A DNA stretch of 60,934 nt from a virus, in IMG/VR virus record IMGVR_UViG_3300020385_000001, positions 1 through 60,934 of that record; one strand, written 5' to 3'. The notes under the pieces are model-generated. The model worked only from the letters and a program-made list of their open reading frames with translations. It did not search any database and was not told the DNA's origin. Positions 1 to 11,600 of this stretch are shown here, piece by piece (the first letter of the stretch is position 1; each line of letters opens with the position of its first letter). The position numbers and the translations under genes are program-made.

Positions 1-77
1 CCCCCTAATCATTTCTTTTTAGAATATATTTCAAGGCCTGATAACGCTGAAATATTTTTTGAAGATGTATTAATGGC
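1..77. repeat. 77-bp terminal direct repeat, left copy (identical to 60858-60934); circular-assembly overlap
   Basis: Read directly: the window starts CCCCCTAATCATTTC...GATGTATTAATGGC and the same 77 nt end the window. The repeat lies inside one continuous reading frame. Confidence 0.95.
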
Positions 78-531
78 GTTAGTTTTTTATGGAATGCCAC
101 TGCTCGCAGAAAATAATAAACCAAGATTATTATATTATTTAAAAAGAAGAGGTTATAGAGGATATTCTATGAATAGACCTGATAAAGTTTATAATAAATT
201 GTCAATAACAGAAAGAGAAATAGGGGGAGTGCCCAACTCCAGTGAAGATATGAAACAAGCTCATGCGGCGGCTATAGAATCATATATTGATGCTCATGTA
301 GGGTTTAACGGCGAAACACACGGAGATTTGTATTTTACACGTACTTTAAATGACTGGTCTAAATTTAATCTTAATAACAGAACAAAACACGATGCGTCTA
401 TAAGTTCTGGTCTAGCTATAATGGCTTGTAATAAAAACAAATATGCTCCGGTTGCTAAAAAAGCATTTCAGCCGGTAAATTTAGGAATAAGAAGATATAA
501 TAATGATGGGGTTACATCAAAAATAATTTAA
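1..531 (+). CDS. terL: Terminase large subunit, C-terminal part (true gene = 59169..60857 joined to 1..531, about 739 aa)
   Basis: Frame 1 is open from base 1 (PPNHFFLEYISRPDNAEIFFEDVLMALVFYG...) and matches the frame that leaves the window open at 60934. Stop at 529-531. Confidence 0.8.
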   Translation, partial: PPNHFFLEYISRPDNAEIFFEDVLMALVFYGMPLLAENNKPRLLYYLKRRGYRGYSMNRPDKVYNKLSITEREIGGVPNSSEDMKQAHAAAIESYIDAHVGFNGETHGDLYFTRTLNDWSKFNLNNRTKHDASISSGLAIMACNKNKYAPVAKKAFQPVNLGIRRYNNDGVTSKII

Positions 532-535
532 ATAC

Positions 536-2950
536 ATGATTAATACTAACTATAACAGTTCATTCCCAGATCAGGTAGTACCTGATTCAGTAAAGAATAG
601 TTATGACTATGGTATCCAGGTAGGGCGGGCTATAGAAAATGAATGGTTCAGGCAAGACATTGGGGGCGATAGGTATTTACAAAACTTTCAAAACTATCAT
701 AAGTTAAGATTGTATGCAAGGGGCGAACAACCTGTTCAAAAATATAAAGACGAATTATCTATAAATGGTGATTTGTCTTATTTAAATTTAGATTGGAAAA
801 TTGTACCTGTTATACCTAAGTTTGTAGACATTGTAGTGAATGGCATGACAGACAAAGGTTATGAAATAAAATCATTTGCTACTGACCCATTTGCTCTTAA
901 AGAAAGAACAGATTTTGCTTTTAATGCAATGCGCGATATAATTAATAAAGAATATATTGAGCAAATGAATGCGGCTACAGGGCAAAATTTCTATGCCTCT
1001 GCGCAGCCTGAAAAGCTTCCCGCATCAAGAGACGAATTAGATCTTTATTTGCAGCTAAATTATAAACAAAGTGTTGAAATTGCTGAAGAAGAAATTATTA
1101 AAAATGTTTTTTCTTTTAATAAATATGATGAAATACAACGTCGGATTGCTTATGATTTAGCCGTTTTAGGTATTGGAATATCTAAAACTAATTTTAATTT
1201 ATCAGAAGGTATTACAGTAGATTATGTAGACCCAGCTAATGTGGTTTATTCTTACACTGAAGATCCAAATTTTGACGATATATATTATGTGGGTGAAGTT
1301 AAAAATTTAAGTTTATCAGAAGTAAAAAGATTATATCCCCAACTTACAAATGAAGACTTAGAAGAAATACAAAAGTATAAAGGGCCTAGCAATTATAGTA
1401 ATTATACAAGAAACTATAAAGGGCAAGATGATAATAATTTAATATCTGTATTATTTTTTGAATATAAAACATACACAAATCAAGTTTTTAAATTAAAAAA
1501 TACTGATCAGGGATTAGAAAAAATATTAGAAAAAGACGACACTTTTAATCCCCCTGAAAATGATAATTTTAGCAAAGTTTCAAGAAGTATAGAAGTATTA
1601 TATACAGGAGCAAAAGTTCTTGGTTTAAATAAACTTCTTGACTGGAGTTTAGCTGAGAATATGACTCGCCCGTCTTCGGATGTAACTAAAGTAAACATGA
1701 ATTACTCTATTTGCGCTCCTAGAATGTATAAAGGAAGAGTCGATTCTCTTGTAAGTAGAATTACAAGTTTTGCGGATATGATTCAGCTTACACATTTAAA
1801 ACTTCAACAGGTATTGTCAAGAGTTGTTCCTGATGGAGTTTATTTAGATATGGATGGCTTAGCAGAAGTTGATTTAGGAAATGGAACTAATTATAATCCA
1901 GCCGAAGCATTAAATATGTATTTTCAAACAGGTAGTATTGTTGGAAGATCATTAACTCAAGATGGTGATTTAAATAGAGGTAAAGTTCCTATACAAGAAC
2001 TTCAGTCTTCTAGCGGAATGGCTAAAATACAGTCATTAATATCTACTTATCAATATTATTTGCAAATGATAAGAGATGTTACGGGATTAAATGAAGCTGT
2101 TGACGGAAGTACTCCTGATAAAAATGCATTGGTTGGCTTACAAAAAATGGCGGCTGCTAATTCGAATGTAGCCACAAGACATATATTAAAAGCTTTAATG
2201 TACATAACTATTAAAATAGCTGAAAATGTAAGTCTTCGCGCTAATGATGCTTTGCAATTTCCATTAACGAAAGATGCGTTACTTAATAGTATTAATACAT
2301 TTAATGTTAATACACTTGAGGAAATGGAAAAAGTAGCGATGCACGATTTTGGTATATTTTTAGAATTGGAACCTGATGAAGAAGAAAAAGCTAAACTTGA
2401 ACAGAACATACAAGTTGCCTTACAATCAGGGGGAATAGATTTGGATGATGCTATTGATGTTAGACAAATATCAAATTTAAAATTAGCTAATCAATTATTA
2501 AAACTTAAAAGAAAAGAAAAAGGAGCTCGAGATCAACAGGCTGCTCAGGCTAATATTCAAGCTCAAGCACAGGCTAACGCGCAAGCTTCTGAAGCAGCAG
2601 CAATGGCTGAAGTACAAAAACAACAGGCTTTAGCAGAAACAAAAGTACAGATTGAAAAAGCTAAATCAGATTTTGAAATTACTAGAATGGAGCAAGAAGC
2701 ATTAATTAAGAAACAATTAATGGCAGAAGAGTTTAGTTATAATATGCAGCTAGCTCAAATACAAGCATCCGCAACAACAAAAAAAGAACAAGAAATAGAA
2801 GATAGGAAAGATAAACGTGTAAAAATACAAGGTACACAACAATCAGAACTTATTGATCAAAGAAAAAATGATTTATTACCTAAAGATTTTGAATCAGCAG
2901 GTAATGATAATTTGAGTGGCTTTGGCTTAGAGCAGTTTGAGCCGAGGTAA
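536..2950 (+). CDS. Portal protein (putative)
   Basis: 804-aa ORF starting 5 nt after terL. Size and position (terL-portal-scaffold-capsid order) fit a portal, and it has a Gln/Ala-rich coiled C-terminal tail. No motif-level proof. Confidence 0.6.
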   Translation: MINTNYNSSFPDQVVPDSVKNSYDYGIQVGRAIENEWFRQDIGGDRYLQNFQNYHKLRLYARGEQPVQKYKDELSINGDLSYLNLDWKIVPVIPKFVDIVVNGMTDKGYEIKSFATDPFALKERTDFAFNAMRDIINKEYIEQMNAATGQNFYASAQPEKLPASRDELDLYLQLNYKQSVEIAEEEIIKNVFSFNKYDEIQRRIAYDLAVLGIGISKTNFNLSEGITVDYVDPANVVYSYTEDPNFDDIYYVGEVKNLSLSEVKRLYPQLTNEDLEEIQKYKGPSNYSNYTRNYKGQDDNNLISVLFFEYKTYTNQVFKLKNTDQGLEKILEKDDTFNPPENDNFSKVSRSIEVLYTGAKVLGLNKLLDWSLAENMTRPSSDVTKVNMNYSICAPRMYKGRVDSLVSRITSFADMIQLTHLKLQQVLSRVVPDGVYLDMDGLAEVDLGNGTNYNPAEALNMYFQTGSIVGRSLTQDGDLNRGKVPIQELQSSSGMAKIQSLISTYQYYLQMIRDVTGLNEAVDGSTPDKNALVGLQKMAAANSNVATRHILKALMYITIKIAENVSLRANDALQFPLTKDALLNSINTFNVNTLEEMEKVAMHDFGIFLELEPDEEEKAKLEQNIQVALQSGGIDLDDAIDVRQISNLKLANQLLKLKRKEKGARDQQAAQANIQAQAQANAQASEAAAMAEVQKQQALAETKVQIEKAKSDFEITRMEQEALIKKQLMAEEFSYNMQLAQIQASATTKKEQEIEDRKDKRVKIQGTQQSELIDQRKNDLLPKDFESAGNDNLSGFGLEQFEPR

Positions 2951-2981
2951 ATTTTATTAATTAATTTTATATTATCATATT

Positions 2982-4205
2982 ATGTCAACAGAAGTAAAAC
3001 AAGAGGGGGATTTTAAAATTAAAAAAAGAACTCCAAGAAAATTAATTGGCAATGAAGATGTTATTAAAGTAGATCTTTCAAAACCAGCTGTAGAATCTAA
3101 AGAAGAAGAATCAAAAGATGCCGTTAAAGAGCAAATCACAGATGAAATTTCTGTACGCAACCAATCCCAAACTAGCGGAGGAGTTCAAAAACAAGACAAG
3201 CAAGAAGCAAATGAAAAATCTTCCAGAAAAAATAATAGCGATGACAAGATAGTTGTTGAATCGCCTATTCAAATTATTGAAGATGAAGAAAATAATTCTG
3301 AAGAGAAGCGAATGGCAGGAAGCGATGAAACTACCAACGCCGCACAAAAACAAAAAGAAGTATTACCGGAAACAAAAGCACAAGAGCTTCCCGAAGGAGT
3401 AGATAAGCTTATAAAGTTTATGGAAGAGACGGGTGGTACTGTTGAAGATTATGCTAGACTTAATGCAGACTATTCCAATGTAGATAATAACACATTGTTA
3501 AGAGAATATTATAAAACAAGCAAACCTCATTTAGATTCAGAAGATGTAAATTTATTATTAGAAGATTTTACATGGGACGAAGAAGTTGATGAGGACAGAG
3601 ACATACGCAAGAAAAAAATTGCATATAAAGAAGAAGTTGCAAAAGCCAAAAACTTTTTAGAGCAAACTAAGAGTAAATATTACGAGGAAATTAAATTAAG
3701 ACCTGGTGTTACTCAAGAGCAACAAAAAGCTACTGACTTTTTTAACCGATACAATGAAGAACAAAAGCGTAATGACGCGGTTCGAGAGGGGTTTATCAAT
3801 ACAACTAAAGATTATTTTTCTAATGATTTCAAAGGTTTTGATTTTAAATTAGGAGAAAAAAAAGTTAGATATGGTATTAAAGATCCTGAATCAACCGCTG
3901 ATAATCAAAAAGATCTTACAGACTTTGTTGGGACGTTCCTAGACAAAAACGGTCAAATGAAAGATCCTGCTGGTTATCATAAAGCAATTTACGCCGCGCG
4001 AAACGCCGATACCATGGCAACACATTTCTACGAGCAAGGCCGTGCCGATGCCATTAAAGAACAAGTTGCTAAAACTAAAAACATAACTACTGAGCCAAGG
4101 CAAACTGCCCCAGGTGATGTATTTGTTAATGGTTTAAAAGTAAAAGCTGTTAGCGGTTTAGATTCTTCAAAACTTAAAATTAGAACAAAAAAATTTAACA
4201 ATTAA
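2982..4205 (+). CDS. Scaffolding protein (putative)
   Basis: 407 aa, very Glu/Lys/Asp-rich with a low-complexity N-terminal half. It sits between the portal and capsid genes. Confidence 0.5.
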   Translation: MSTEVKQEGDFKIKKRTPRKLIGNEDVIKVDLSKPAVESKEEESKDAVKEQITDEISVRNQSQTSGGVQKQDKQEANEKSSRKNNSDDKIVVESPIQIIEDEENNSEEKRMAGSDETTNAAQKQKEVLPETKAQELPEGVDKLIKFMEETGGTVEDYARLNADYSNVDNNTLLREYYKTSKPHLDSEDVNLLLEDFTWDEEVDEDRDIRKKKIAYKEEVAKAKNFLEQTKSKYYEEIKLRPGVTQEQQKATDFFNRYNEEQKRNDAVREGFINTTKDYFSNDFKGFDFKLGEKKVRYGIKDPESTADNQKDLTDFVGTFLDKNGQMKDPAGYHKAIYAARNADTMATHFYEQGRADAIKEQVAKTKNITTEPRQTAPGDVFVNGLKVKAVSGLDSSKLKIRTKKFNN

Positions 4206-4215
4206 AATTTAAAAA

Positions 4216-5679
4216 ATGGCAAATGTATTACCCGAATTTGGGTCAATTAAACCTAGTCAGAAACAACAAGTTCTGTCTACAAATTATCTGCAATTTACAG
4301 ATAAAGCTGGCGATGATTTTTCAGATTTCGCAGCACAATATCTTCCTGAGATCTACGAACAAGAAGTAGAACGATATGGAAACCGAACTCTTTCTGGATT
4401 TCTACGTATGGTAGGAGCAGAAATGCCTATGACTTCAGATCAAGTAATTTGGTCAGAACAAAATAGATTACACATTGCTTATGACAGTGTTTCAAAACTT
4501 GCAAACAACGTTGATCTACAATTTACTCTTAACGCAACTGCTGGAGCTACTTTTGTTGATAACGTAGTATCTGCAAATCAAACAATTGTAGTAATGAATC
4601 CTGCTACAGGTGCTGAAGTAAAAGCTTTAGTTACTGCTAGTGCTGGATCTAACGCTGCTGGAAGTGCTAATGGTACTCTTACTGTTGCTACCTACACGGG
4701 AGCTAATCTTTCTACTGCTCTCGGAAGTGCTGGCGCAGTATTGGGTGGTCTTAAAATATTTGTATATGGTTCTGAATATAGAAAAGGAACTGGCGATGCT
4801 GATATTAGAAGCGTAACTCCATCTTTTACTCAATTTAACAATTCACCAATTATTATTAAAGAAAAATATGTGGTCAACGGATCAGATATGGCTCAAATTG
4901 GTTGGGTTGAAGTTGCTACTGAGGATGGAACATCTGGATACTTATGGTACTTAAAAGCTGAGTCCGAAACTCGTTTGAGATTTGAAGATTATTTAGAAAT
5001 GGCTATGGTTGAAGGTGAGAAAGCTGCTGCAGGTTCTGGGGTTGCTGGTATTGCTGCTGATTATGGTGGGACTGAAGGTCTTTTTGCTGCTATCGAAGCT
5101 AGAGGTAATGTACTAAACAATTTTAGTGCTGCTGCCGGTCTTGGCGAATTTGATAGTATTCTTAAAAATCTTGACACTCAAGGTGCTATTGAAGAAAACA
5201 TGCTTTTCCTTAATAGAAAAACTTCTTTAGATTTTGACGATATGCTAGCTAATATTTCTTCCGGTATTGGAGGAGGTACTGCTTTTGGTTTATTTGAAAA
5301 CTCTGAAGAAATGGCTTTGAATCTTGGTTTCTCAGGATTTAGAAGAGGTTCTTATGACTTTTATAAAACTGACTGGAAATATCTTAATGACGCTTCAACT
5401 AGAGGTGGAGTAGCTGTTTCAGCAATTGATGGAGTTCTTATTCCTGCTGGTACATCAACTGTATACGATCAAATCTTAGGTTCTAATATTCGTAGACCTT
5501 TCTTGCACGTTCGTTACAGAGCTTCACAAACTGAAGATAGAAGAATGAAATCTTGGATCACTGGATCTGCTGGAGGTGCTTATACTTCTGACATTGACTC
5601 TATGGATGTTCACTTTTTGTCTGAAAGATGTTTATGTGTACAAGGTGCTAACAATTTCGTATTGTTTACTGCATCATAA
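4216..5679 (+). CDS. Major capsid protein (putative)
   Basis: 487-aa ORF directly after the scaffold gene, followed by the clearest rho-independent terminator in the genome. Position-based call. Confidence 0.6.
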   Translation: MANVLPEFGSIKPSQKQQVLSTNYLQFTDKAGDDFSDFAAQYLPEIYEQEVERYGNRTLSGFLRMVGAEMPMTSDQVIWSEQNRLHIAYDSVSKLANNVDLQFTLNATAGATFVDNVVSANQTIVVMNPATGAEVKALVTASAGSNAAGSANGTLTVATYTGANLSTALGSAGAVLGGLKIFVYGSEYRKGTGDADIRSVTPSFTQFNNSPIIIKEKYVVNGSDMAQIGWVEVATEDGTSGYLWYLKAESETRLRFEDYLEMAMVEGEKAAAGSGVAGIAADYGGTEGLFAAIEARGNVLNNFSAAAGLGEFDSILKNLDTQGAIEENMLFLNRKTSLDFDDMLANISSGIGGGTAFGLFENSEEMALNLGFSGFRRGSYDFYKTDWKYLNDASTRGGVAVSAIDGVLIPAGTSTVYDQILGSNIRRPFLHVRYRASQTEDRRMKSWITGSAGGAYTSDIDSMDVHFLSERCLCVQGANNFVLFTAS

Positions 5680-5695
5680 TTTACCTGGTATAAAT

Positions 5696-5726
5696 TACCC
5701 TCGTTGTATTAGCGGGGGTAGTTTTT
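5696..5726 (+). terminator. Rho-independent terminator after the capsid gene
   Basis: TACCCTCG / loop TTGTATTAG / CGGGGGTA forms an 8-bp stem with one G-U pair, followed by GTTTTTA. Confidence 0.65.
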
Positions 5727-5755
5727 ACCTTTTAACTATTTAATTTTATTATATC

Positions 5756-6601
5756 ATGGCTAAAAAAGCTACTCAAGCAGTAAAAGATATTGAGGTTGCA
5801 CCTCAAGTAATTGAAACAAAAGAAGCTGCAAAACCTGCGGCTAAAGTATCAACACCTAAAAAACCACAATGGGAAATTAAAGACAGAACATATTTATTAA
5901 ACGGTCTTAAAACTCCATTAACATATACTATATCATCTCGTCACACAAACCGCTATCCTTTATTATGGTTTGATAAAGAAAAAAATGAACAAAGAGAATT
6001 AAGGTATGCAACTAATCAAAATTCACCTTTAGTTGATGAACAATCAGGCGAAGCAACATTAGGTCATATTGTTTTTAGAAATGGCACATTAACCGTAACT
6101 AAAGAAAAACAAAATTTGCAAAAATTATTATCTCTTTATCATCCAATGAAAGGAGTTAAATATACCGAATTTAATCCCGTAGAAGAAGCTGTAGATGATT
6201 TAGAAACTATTGAATATATTATTGAAGCTTTAAATGTAGCAAGAGATATGGATATAGACCAGGCTGAGGCTATTTTAAGAGTTGAGGTTGGCTCTAAGGT
6301 ATCTGACATGAGTTCTAAGGAGATCAAAAGAGATCTTTTAATATTTGCTAAAGAAAACGCTCAACTATTCTTAGAATTAGCTAATGACGAAAATGTACAA
6401 TTAAGAAATGTAGCTATTAACGCTACCGAATTGGGTCTTTTAGATTTATCACAAGATCAAAGAACTTTTGCGTGGGCTAAAACAGGAAGAAAAATAATGA
6501 ACGTTCCTTTTGATGAAAACCCGTACTCAGCTATGGCTGCATTCTTTAAAACAGATGAAGGTATAGAGGTTTACAAATCTATAGAGAAAAAACTTCTATA
6601 A
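5756..6601 (+). CDS. Hypothetical protein, structural module (281 aa)
   Basis: Long ORF in the virion gene block. Lys/Ala/Pro-rich N-terminus. No recognisable motif. Confidence 0.6.
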   Translation: MAKKATQAVKDIEVAPQVIETKEAAKPAAKVSTPKKPQWEIKDRTYLLNGLKTPLTYTISSRHTNRYPLLWFDKEKNEQRELRYATNQNSPLVDEQSGEATLGHIVFRNGTLTVTKEKQNLQKLLSLYHPMKGVKYTEFNPVEEAVDDLETIEYIIEALNVARDMDIDQAEAILRVEVGSKVSDMSSKEIKRDLLIFAKENAQLFLELANDENVQLRNVAINATELGLLDLSQDQRTFAWAKTGRKIMNVPFDENPYSAMAAFFKTDEGIEVYKSIEKKLL

Positions 6602-6624
6602 CGTGTAATATTTATAATATGTAG

Positions 6625-6646
6625 AGCCGTCTTTTGGCGGCTTTAC
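6625..6646 (+). terminator. Weak hairpin / possible terminator
   Basis: AGCCG-TCTTTTGG-CGGCT followed by TTACTATT. The stem is only 5 bp. Confidence 0.3.
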
Positions 6647-6668
6647 TATTATATAACAAAAAATAAAA

Positions 6669-7424
6669 ATGGCAATAAACGTAAATACTGTATATCAAAC
6701 AGTGTTGTCTATTTTAAATAAAGAGCAAAGGGGGTATATGACTCCTGATGAATTTAACAAAGTAGGAACACAAGTTCAACTTGAAATATTTGAAAAATAT
6801 TTTGAAGATTTAAATCAACAGGCTAGAGTTCCTCAAAGCAATTTAAACTACGCTGATAGGCTAGAAAATATAGATGAAAAATTAGCTATATTTAAAACGT
6901 TTGGTAATGCTGCATATAATAACGTTTCCGTTACTCCTACCAATTATTTTACTTTGCCTACTACAGATGCTTATGGAATATCTGTAGAACTATATAGAAT
7001 AGGTGAAGTAACATATAATAATGAAGTTCTTGTGCAAAAATTGCAAAGAAATGATTTTTATACTTCTGAAAAATCAAAACTTACAAAAGCTACTGAAACT
7101 TTCCCTACATATTTATATGAAAATAATTATTTATTTATAAAGCCCGATACAATTCAAAATAATATACAAGTTGAATATGTAAGAAAACCATTAGATGTTA
7201 TTTGGGGATTTACTGTGGGCAATAGAGGACAATATATATATAATTCAACTGCATACAATCCTTCTACTAAAGTTGGTTCTAGAAGTTTTGAATTAGATAT
7301 AAGCGAGCAATCAGAAGTTATTTTAAGAATATTACAATATGCCGGTATTATTATAAGAGATCCTCAAGTAGTTCAAGCAGCGGCACAGCAAGTACAAATG
7401 GATGAAATAAATCAAAAAAGCTAA
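6669..7424 (+). CDS. Hypothetical virion protein (251 aa; possible head-tail adaptor)
   Basis: ORF in the structural block. The function is positional inference only. Confidence 0.5.
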   Translation: MAINVNTVYQTVLSILNKEQRGYMTPDEFNKVGTQVQLEIFEKYFEDLNQQARVPQSNLNYADRLENIDEKLAIFKTFGNAAYNNVSVTPTNYFTLPTTDAYGISVELYRIGEVTYNNEVLVQKLQRNDFYTSEKSKLTKATETFPTYLYENNYLFIKPDTIQNNIQVEYVRKPLDVIWGFTVGNRGQYIYNSTAYNPSTKVGSRSFELDISEQSEVILRILQYAGIIIRDPQVVQAAAQQVQMDEINQKS

Positions 7425-7430
7425 AAAGCT

Positions 7431-8657
7431 ATGGCAAAACCAAATGGAGGATTAATTCAAGAAACTAATGCGCAATATTATGCAGGATCCCAAACTTTTT
7501 TAGCAGACGGTACAATAACAAAATTTACCACTACATTTAATACCGATTTAATTTTTGGAAATTATGATCCAACAAATATGGATTATGCTAAAAATAATTT
7601 TAAACTTTATACCAGTGCTAATGGTTTACCCGGAACTTACGCAGAGTATATTCAAGCATATACTGTAGCTAATAATACTATTACCACTACAGCAACATTG
7701 CCAAATAATAATATATTAGTTGTTCAATTAAAAAATTTAACAGGAGGTAATTATGGAGATGAGAATGCTTTTGGAAACGTTGTTGAAGAAAACTACGGCA
7801 ATTATTCTTATATAAAAGTATCTGAATTAGTTACAAATTTTTTAGTAGGCTATGTTGGGCAAGGAAAAATTATACAGAATGTTAAAAGAAATGACGTAAT
7901 TTTCCATGTTAAAAGGGCGTTACAAGAATTTAGTTATGATACGTTGCCTAGTATAAAATCGCAGGAAGCTACTATACCTCCTAATTTATCAATACCTCTA
8001 CCTCAAGACTATGTTAATTATGTTAAAATGTCTTGGGTAGACCAATTAGGCGTAAAACATATTATATATCCTACAACATTAACATCTAATCCAGATAGTT
8101 TATTGCCACAAGATTGGCAGGGAATACCTGTTCAAGATAATTTTAGTGAAGATTTAGATGCAACTTCTTTAACGGAAGATAGATGGGCTAAAGCTAATGA
8201 TCGTTTAATAAATGGTAATTTAAATTTAAATGAAATAAATAAAGGTATATATCCAGGCTCTTGGTATGGATTTGGTTTTGAAGGAATTTTAGGCGAAAGA
8301 TATGGATTAAATCCTGAAACATCACAAAGAAACGGTTGGTTTACAATGAATCATAGAGAAGGGAAAATATCTTTTTCAAGTAATTTAAGAGATGCTTTGG
8401 TAATATTTGAATATATATCTGATGGGCTTGCGTATGATCAAGATATGAAAGTACCTAAAATGGCAGAAGAAGCTATATATGCTTACGTAAACCATGCTGT
8501 TTTATCTACTAAAGTAAACACTCCCGAATATATAGTTAATAGATATAAAAGAGAAAAAAGTGCTAAACTTCGTAATGCAAAAATTAGATTATCTAATATT
8601 AAATTAGACGAAATAGTTCAAGTAATGCGTAATAAATCTAAATGGATTAAAAGTTAA
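7431..8657 (+). CDS. Hypothetical tail protein (408 aa; possible tail tubular A-like)
   Basis: Its position precedes a very large tail-type ORF, as in T7-like gene order. No motif proof. Confidence 0.4.
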   Translation: MAKPNGGLIQETNAQYYAGSQTFLADGTITKFTTTFNTDLIFGNYDPTNMDYAKNNFKLYTSANGLPGTYAEYIQAYTVANNTITTTATLPNNNILVVQLKNLTGGNYGDENAFGNVVEENYGNYSYIKVSELVTNFLVGYVGQGKIIQNVKRNDVIFHVKRALQEFSYDTLPSIKSQEATIPPNLSIPLPQDYVNYVKMSWVDQLGVKHIIYPTTLTSNPDSLLPQDWQGIPVQDNFSEDLDATSLTEDRWAKANDRLINGNLNLNEINKGIYPGSWYGFGFEGILGERYGLNPETSQRNGWFTMNHREGKISFSSNLRDALVIFEYISDGLAYDQDMKVPKMAEEAIYAYVNHAVLSTKVNTPEYIVNRYKREKSAKLRNAKIRLSNIKLDEIVQVMRNKSKWIKS

Positions 8658-8661
8658 ATAA

Positions 8662-11600
8662 ATGGCAGAAGTAAAAAATGCTTTTATAAAGTCTAAAATG
8701 AATTTAGACTTAGATGCTCGCTTAGTCCCAAACGGAGAATATAGGCAAGGGTTTAATATACAGGTTAGCAAATCAGAAGGTGATGATGTAGGCGCTTTAG
8801 AAAATGTTCTTGGCAATAAGTTATTAGAAAATTTTGATACATTAGCCGGGGTAAGTGGGTTAACGATAATAGGGTCTCACATAAGTGAAATTGACAATTT
8901 AATTTTTTTATTTTTAACTAATTATACAGACCCATCTCCTAACCCGGCCGTTAATCCTACATACAATCCAACCGGTCAAAATTATATATATTCTTATAAT
9001 ACACAAACAGAATTTGCTTATCAATTAGTATCAGGTTCGTTTTTAAATTTTTCTACCACTAACCCTATTTATGGAGTTAACCTATTAGAAGATATTTTAT
9101 TTTTTACGGATAATAGAAATCAGCCAAGAAAATTAAATATAACATTAGCATCTAATAATTCTAATTATTATACAAACGAAGATCAAATATCTGTAGCTAA
9201 ATTTGCGCCGTATGATCCTATAAGACTATATAAAAATTCTACAACTGCAGGCTTATCAGGGTATGAAACAACTATGTATGATGTTGTTTCCCCAGCTCTT
9301 CCAAATACAACCACAGCAAATCCTTATTTACAAAATTCTAATGGTAATCCCGCATATGCCGGTGATGCTAATTTTTTAGAAGATAAATTTATTAGATTTA
9401 GCTATAGATATAGATTTGACGATAACGAATACTCTGTATTTGCTCCATTTACTCAAGCAGCTTTTATACCTAAACAAGATGGATATTTTTTAACAACGGG
9501 AGCAGCCGGAACAACAACAGACGAAGATGCTACTTATAGAAGCACGGTTGTTGATTTTATGGAAAATAAAGTTAATAAAATATTACTACAAATTCCGCTT
9601 CCTGTAACAGGCAATCAGTTATCAACAAACTTTCACATTAAAGAAATAGAAATACTTTACAAAGAAGACAGCGCAATGCCTGTTTACGCTTTAGATACTA
9701 TTACAGATTTTGGCACAGCCGCTACTTTAGAATATACTTACCAAGGGGGCAAGCCTTATAAAACTTTACCAGAAAATGAATTAGTTAGAGTATTTGATAA
9801 AGTTCCAGTAAAAGCTTTAGCACAAGAAGTTTCTGGTAATAGAATTATTTATGGTAATTTTCAAGATAAGCATACTCCACCCAGCGCAATAGATTATAAT
9901 GTTAATGCAAGTAAAAAATTATCATTTAATATTCCCAGCGCTAATACACCTGCAGGCACAACGGCTATAACTGAATATCCCGCAAGCACATTAAAACAAA
10001 ATAGAAATTATCAAGTTGGTGTAGTTTTATCTGATAAATATGGAAGATCTTCTACAGTAATTTTATCTAACAATATATCGCAAGCATCTCAAAATGCCGA
10101 CGGCACTAATTTAAATTTTGATGCGTCAACTATATACCATAATTATAGGACATCTTCAGATGCTACTAATTTACCGGTGGGCACATGGCCGGGAGATTCA
10201 TTAAAAGTATTATTTAATACTCAATTAGATGGAGCTGGGTTTGATAAAAATGGCTCTACTGGTACTCCGGGTTTATATAATGGCACTTCTTCAAGCGCTA
10301 ATTATAATCCATTAGGCTGGTATAGTTATAAAATTGTAGTTAAACAAACAGAGCAAGAATACTATAATGTATATTTACCCGGCATTTTAAATGGGCCCCC
10401 AAATGGAATAACTACAGACGACGCTATTAATGAAGTAGGATTTATTACTTTAATTAATGACAACGTTAACAAAGTTCCTAGAGATCTATCAGAAGTTGGG
10501 CCAGAACAAAAACAGTTTAGAAGTTCTGTTGAATTATTTGGAAGAGTATCACCTGACTATGTATTAAATACTAATCCGTCATACAACACTCAATTTTATC
10601 CTGAAACATCTCAGAGTTTGCCTTTACCAAATACTGTTATTACAATAGCGGAAGAAGATGATTTATTTGGCATAGCGGCTGGGGCGAGTATACCTAATAT
10701 TTATGATACTTTATCAAATCCTTTAATTGGTAGAATATCTCAAATTAATTCTAATGCAATAGGCGCTTCTGGCTCAGCCACAACTCCTTATAATTTTAAA
10801 TTGGGTGTTTTTGAAACAAGCCCAGTAGAAAGTTTATTACAAATTTATTATGAAACATCTACAACAGGGTTAATTTCAGAATTAAATCAAGCTATTCTTA
10901 CCGGAAATCCTAACGAAGCAACAGGCTTATCTAGCTTTACATCTAATTTTACAGAAGCAAAAGGTAATGGGGATACTATTGTTTCTCAATTTGGTGTACT
11001 TACAGCTGCGGGTGGAGACACTCCTCAGCCTGTAAATTTAACTTTAATAAGTGTTATTAATGAGGATGGGACAAATGTTACTTCTCAATTTGAATTAGCA
11101 CCAGATCCCGGCAGCAGCACAACTTTATATGATTTAAAAGTTGCTTCAGGAGCATATTTTGCTTATTTAGCCGATGGGCCTAAAGTTTATACATTTACTT
11201 TTAAAGATTTAAGCGGCTCCGGGGGATCTCCGACTGCAACTTTAACATTAGGAAATGTCACCCCTAGTTTTGTATTTACTTCAGGGGGAGCGGCTCCAAC
11301 TACTATATCAGAAAGCGTTGGCACTAAAATTATAAATGCTAATAATTCTATTTTTTCTGCTGTTAATGGTAGCGCAGATACAAGTACTGCAGACGGAAAT
11401 AGTGTTCCTATTAATAAAAGAGAATTAGTATACTCATTAGTTTCCAATGCTTACCCCGATATATTTGCTATTGATCCTGTTTCAGGACAGATTAATGTAA
11501 GTAATAATTCTGACCCTACCGGTTCTTACTCTTTAATAATTCAAGTTCAAGATCCTGGACCTGACTCTAATAATAAAACATCTTTTACAGTAAATCTTGT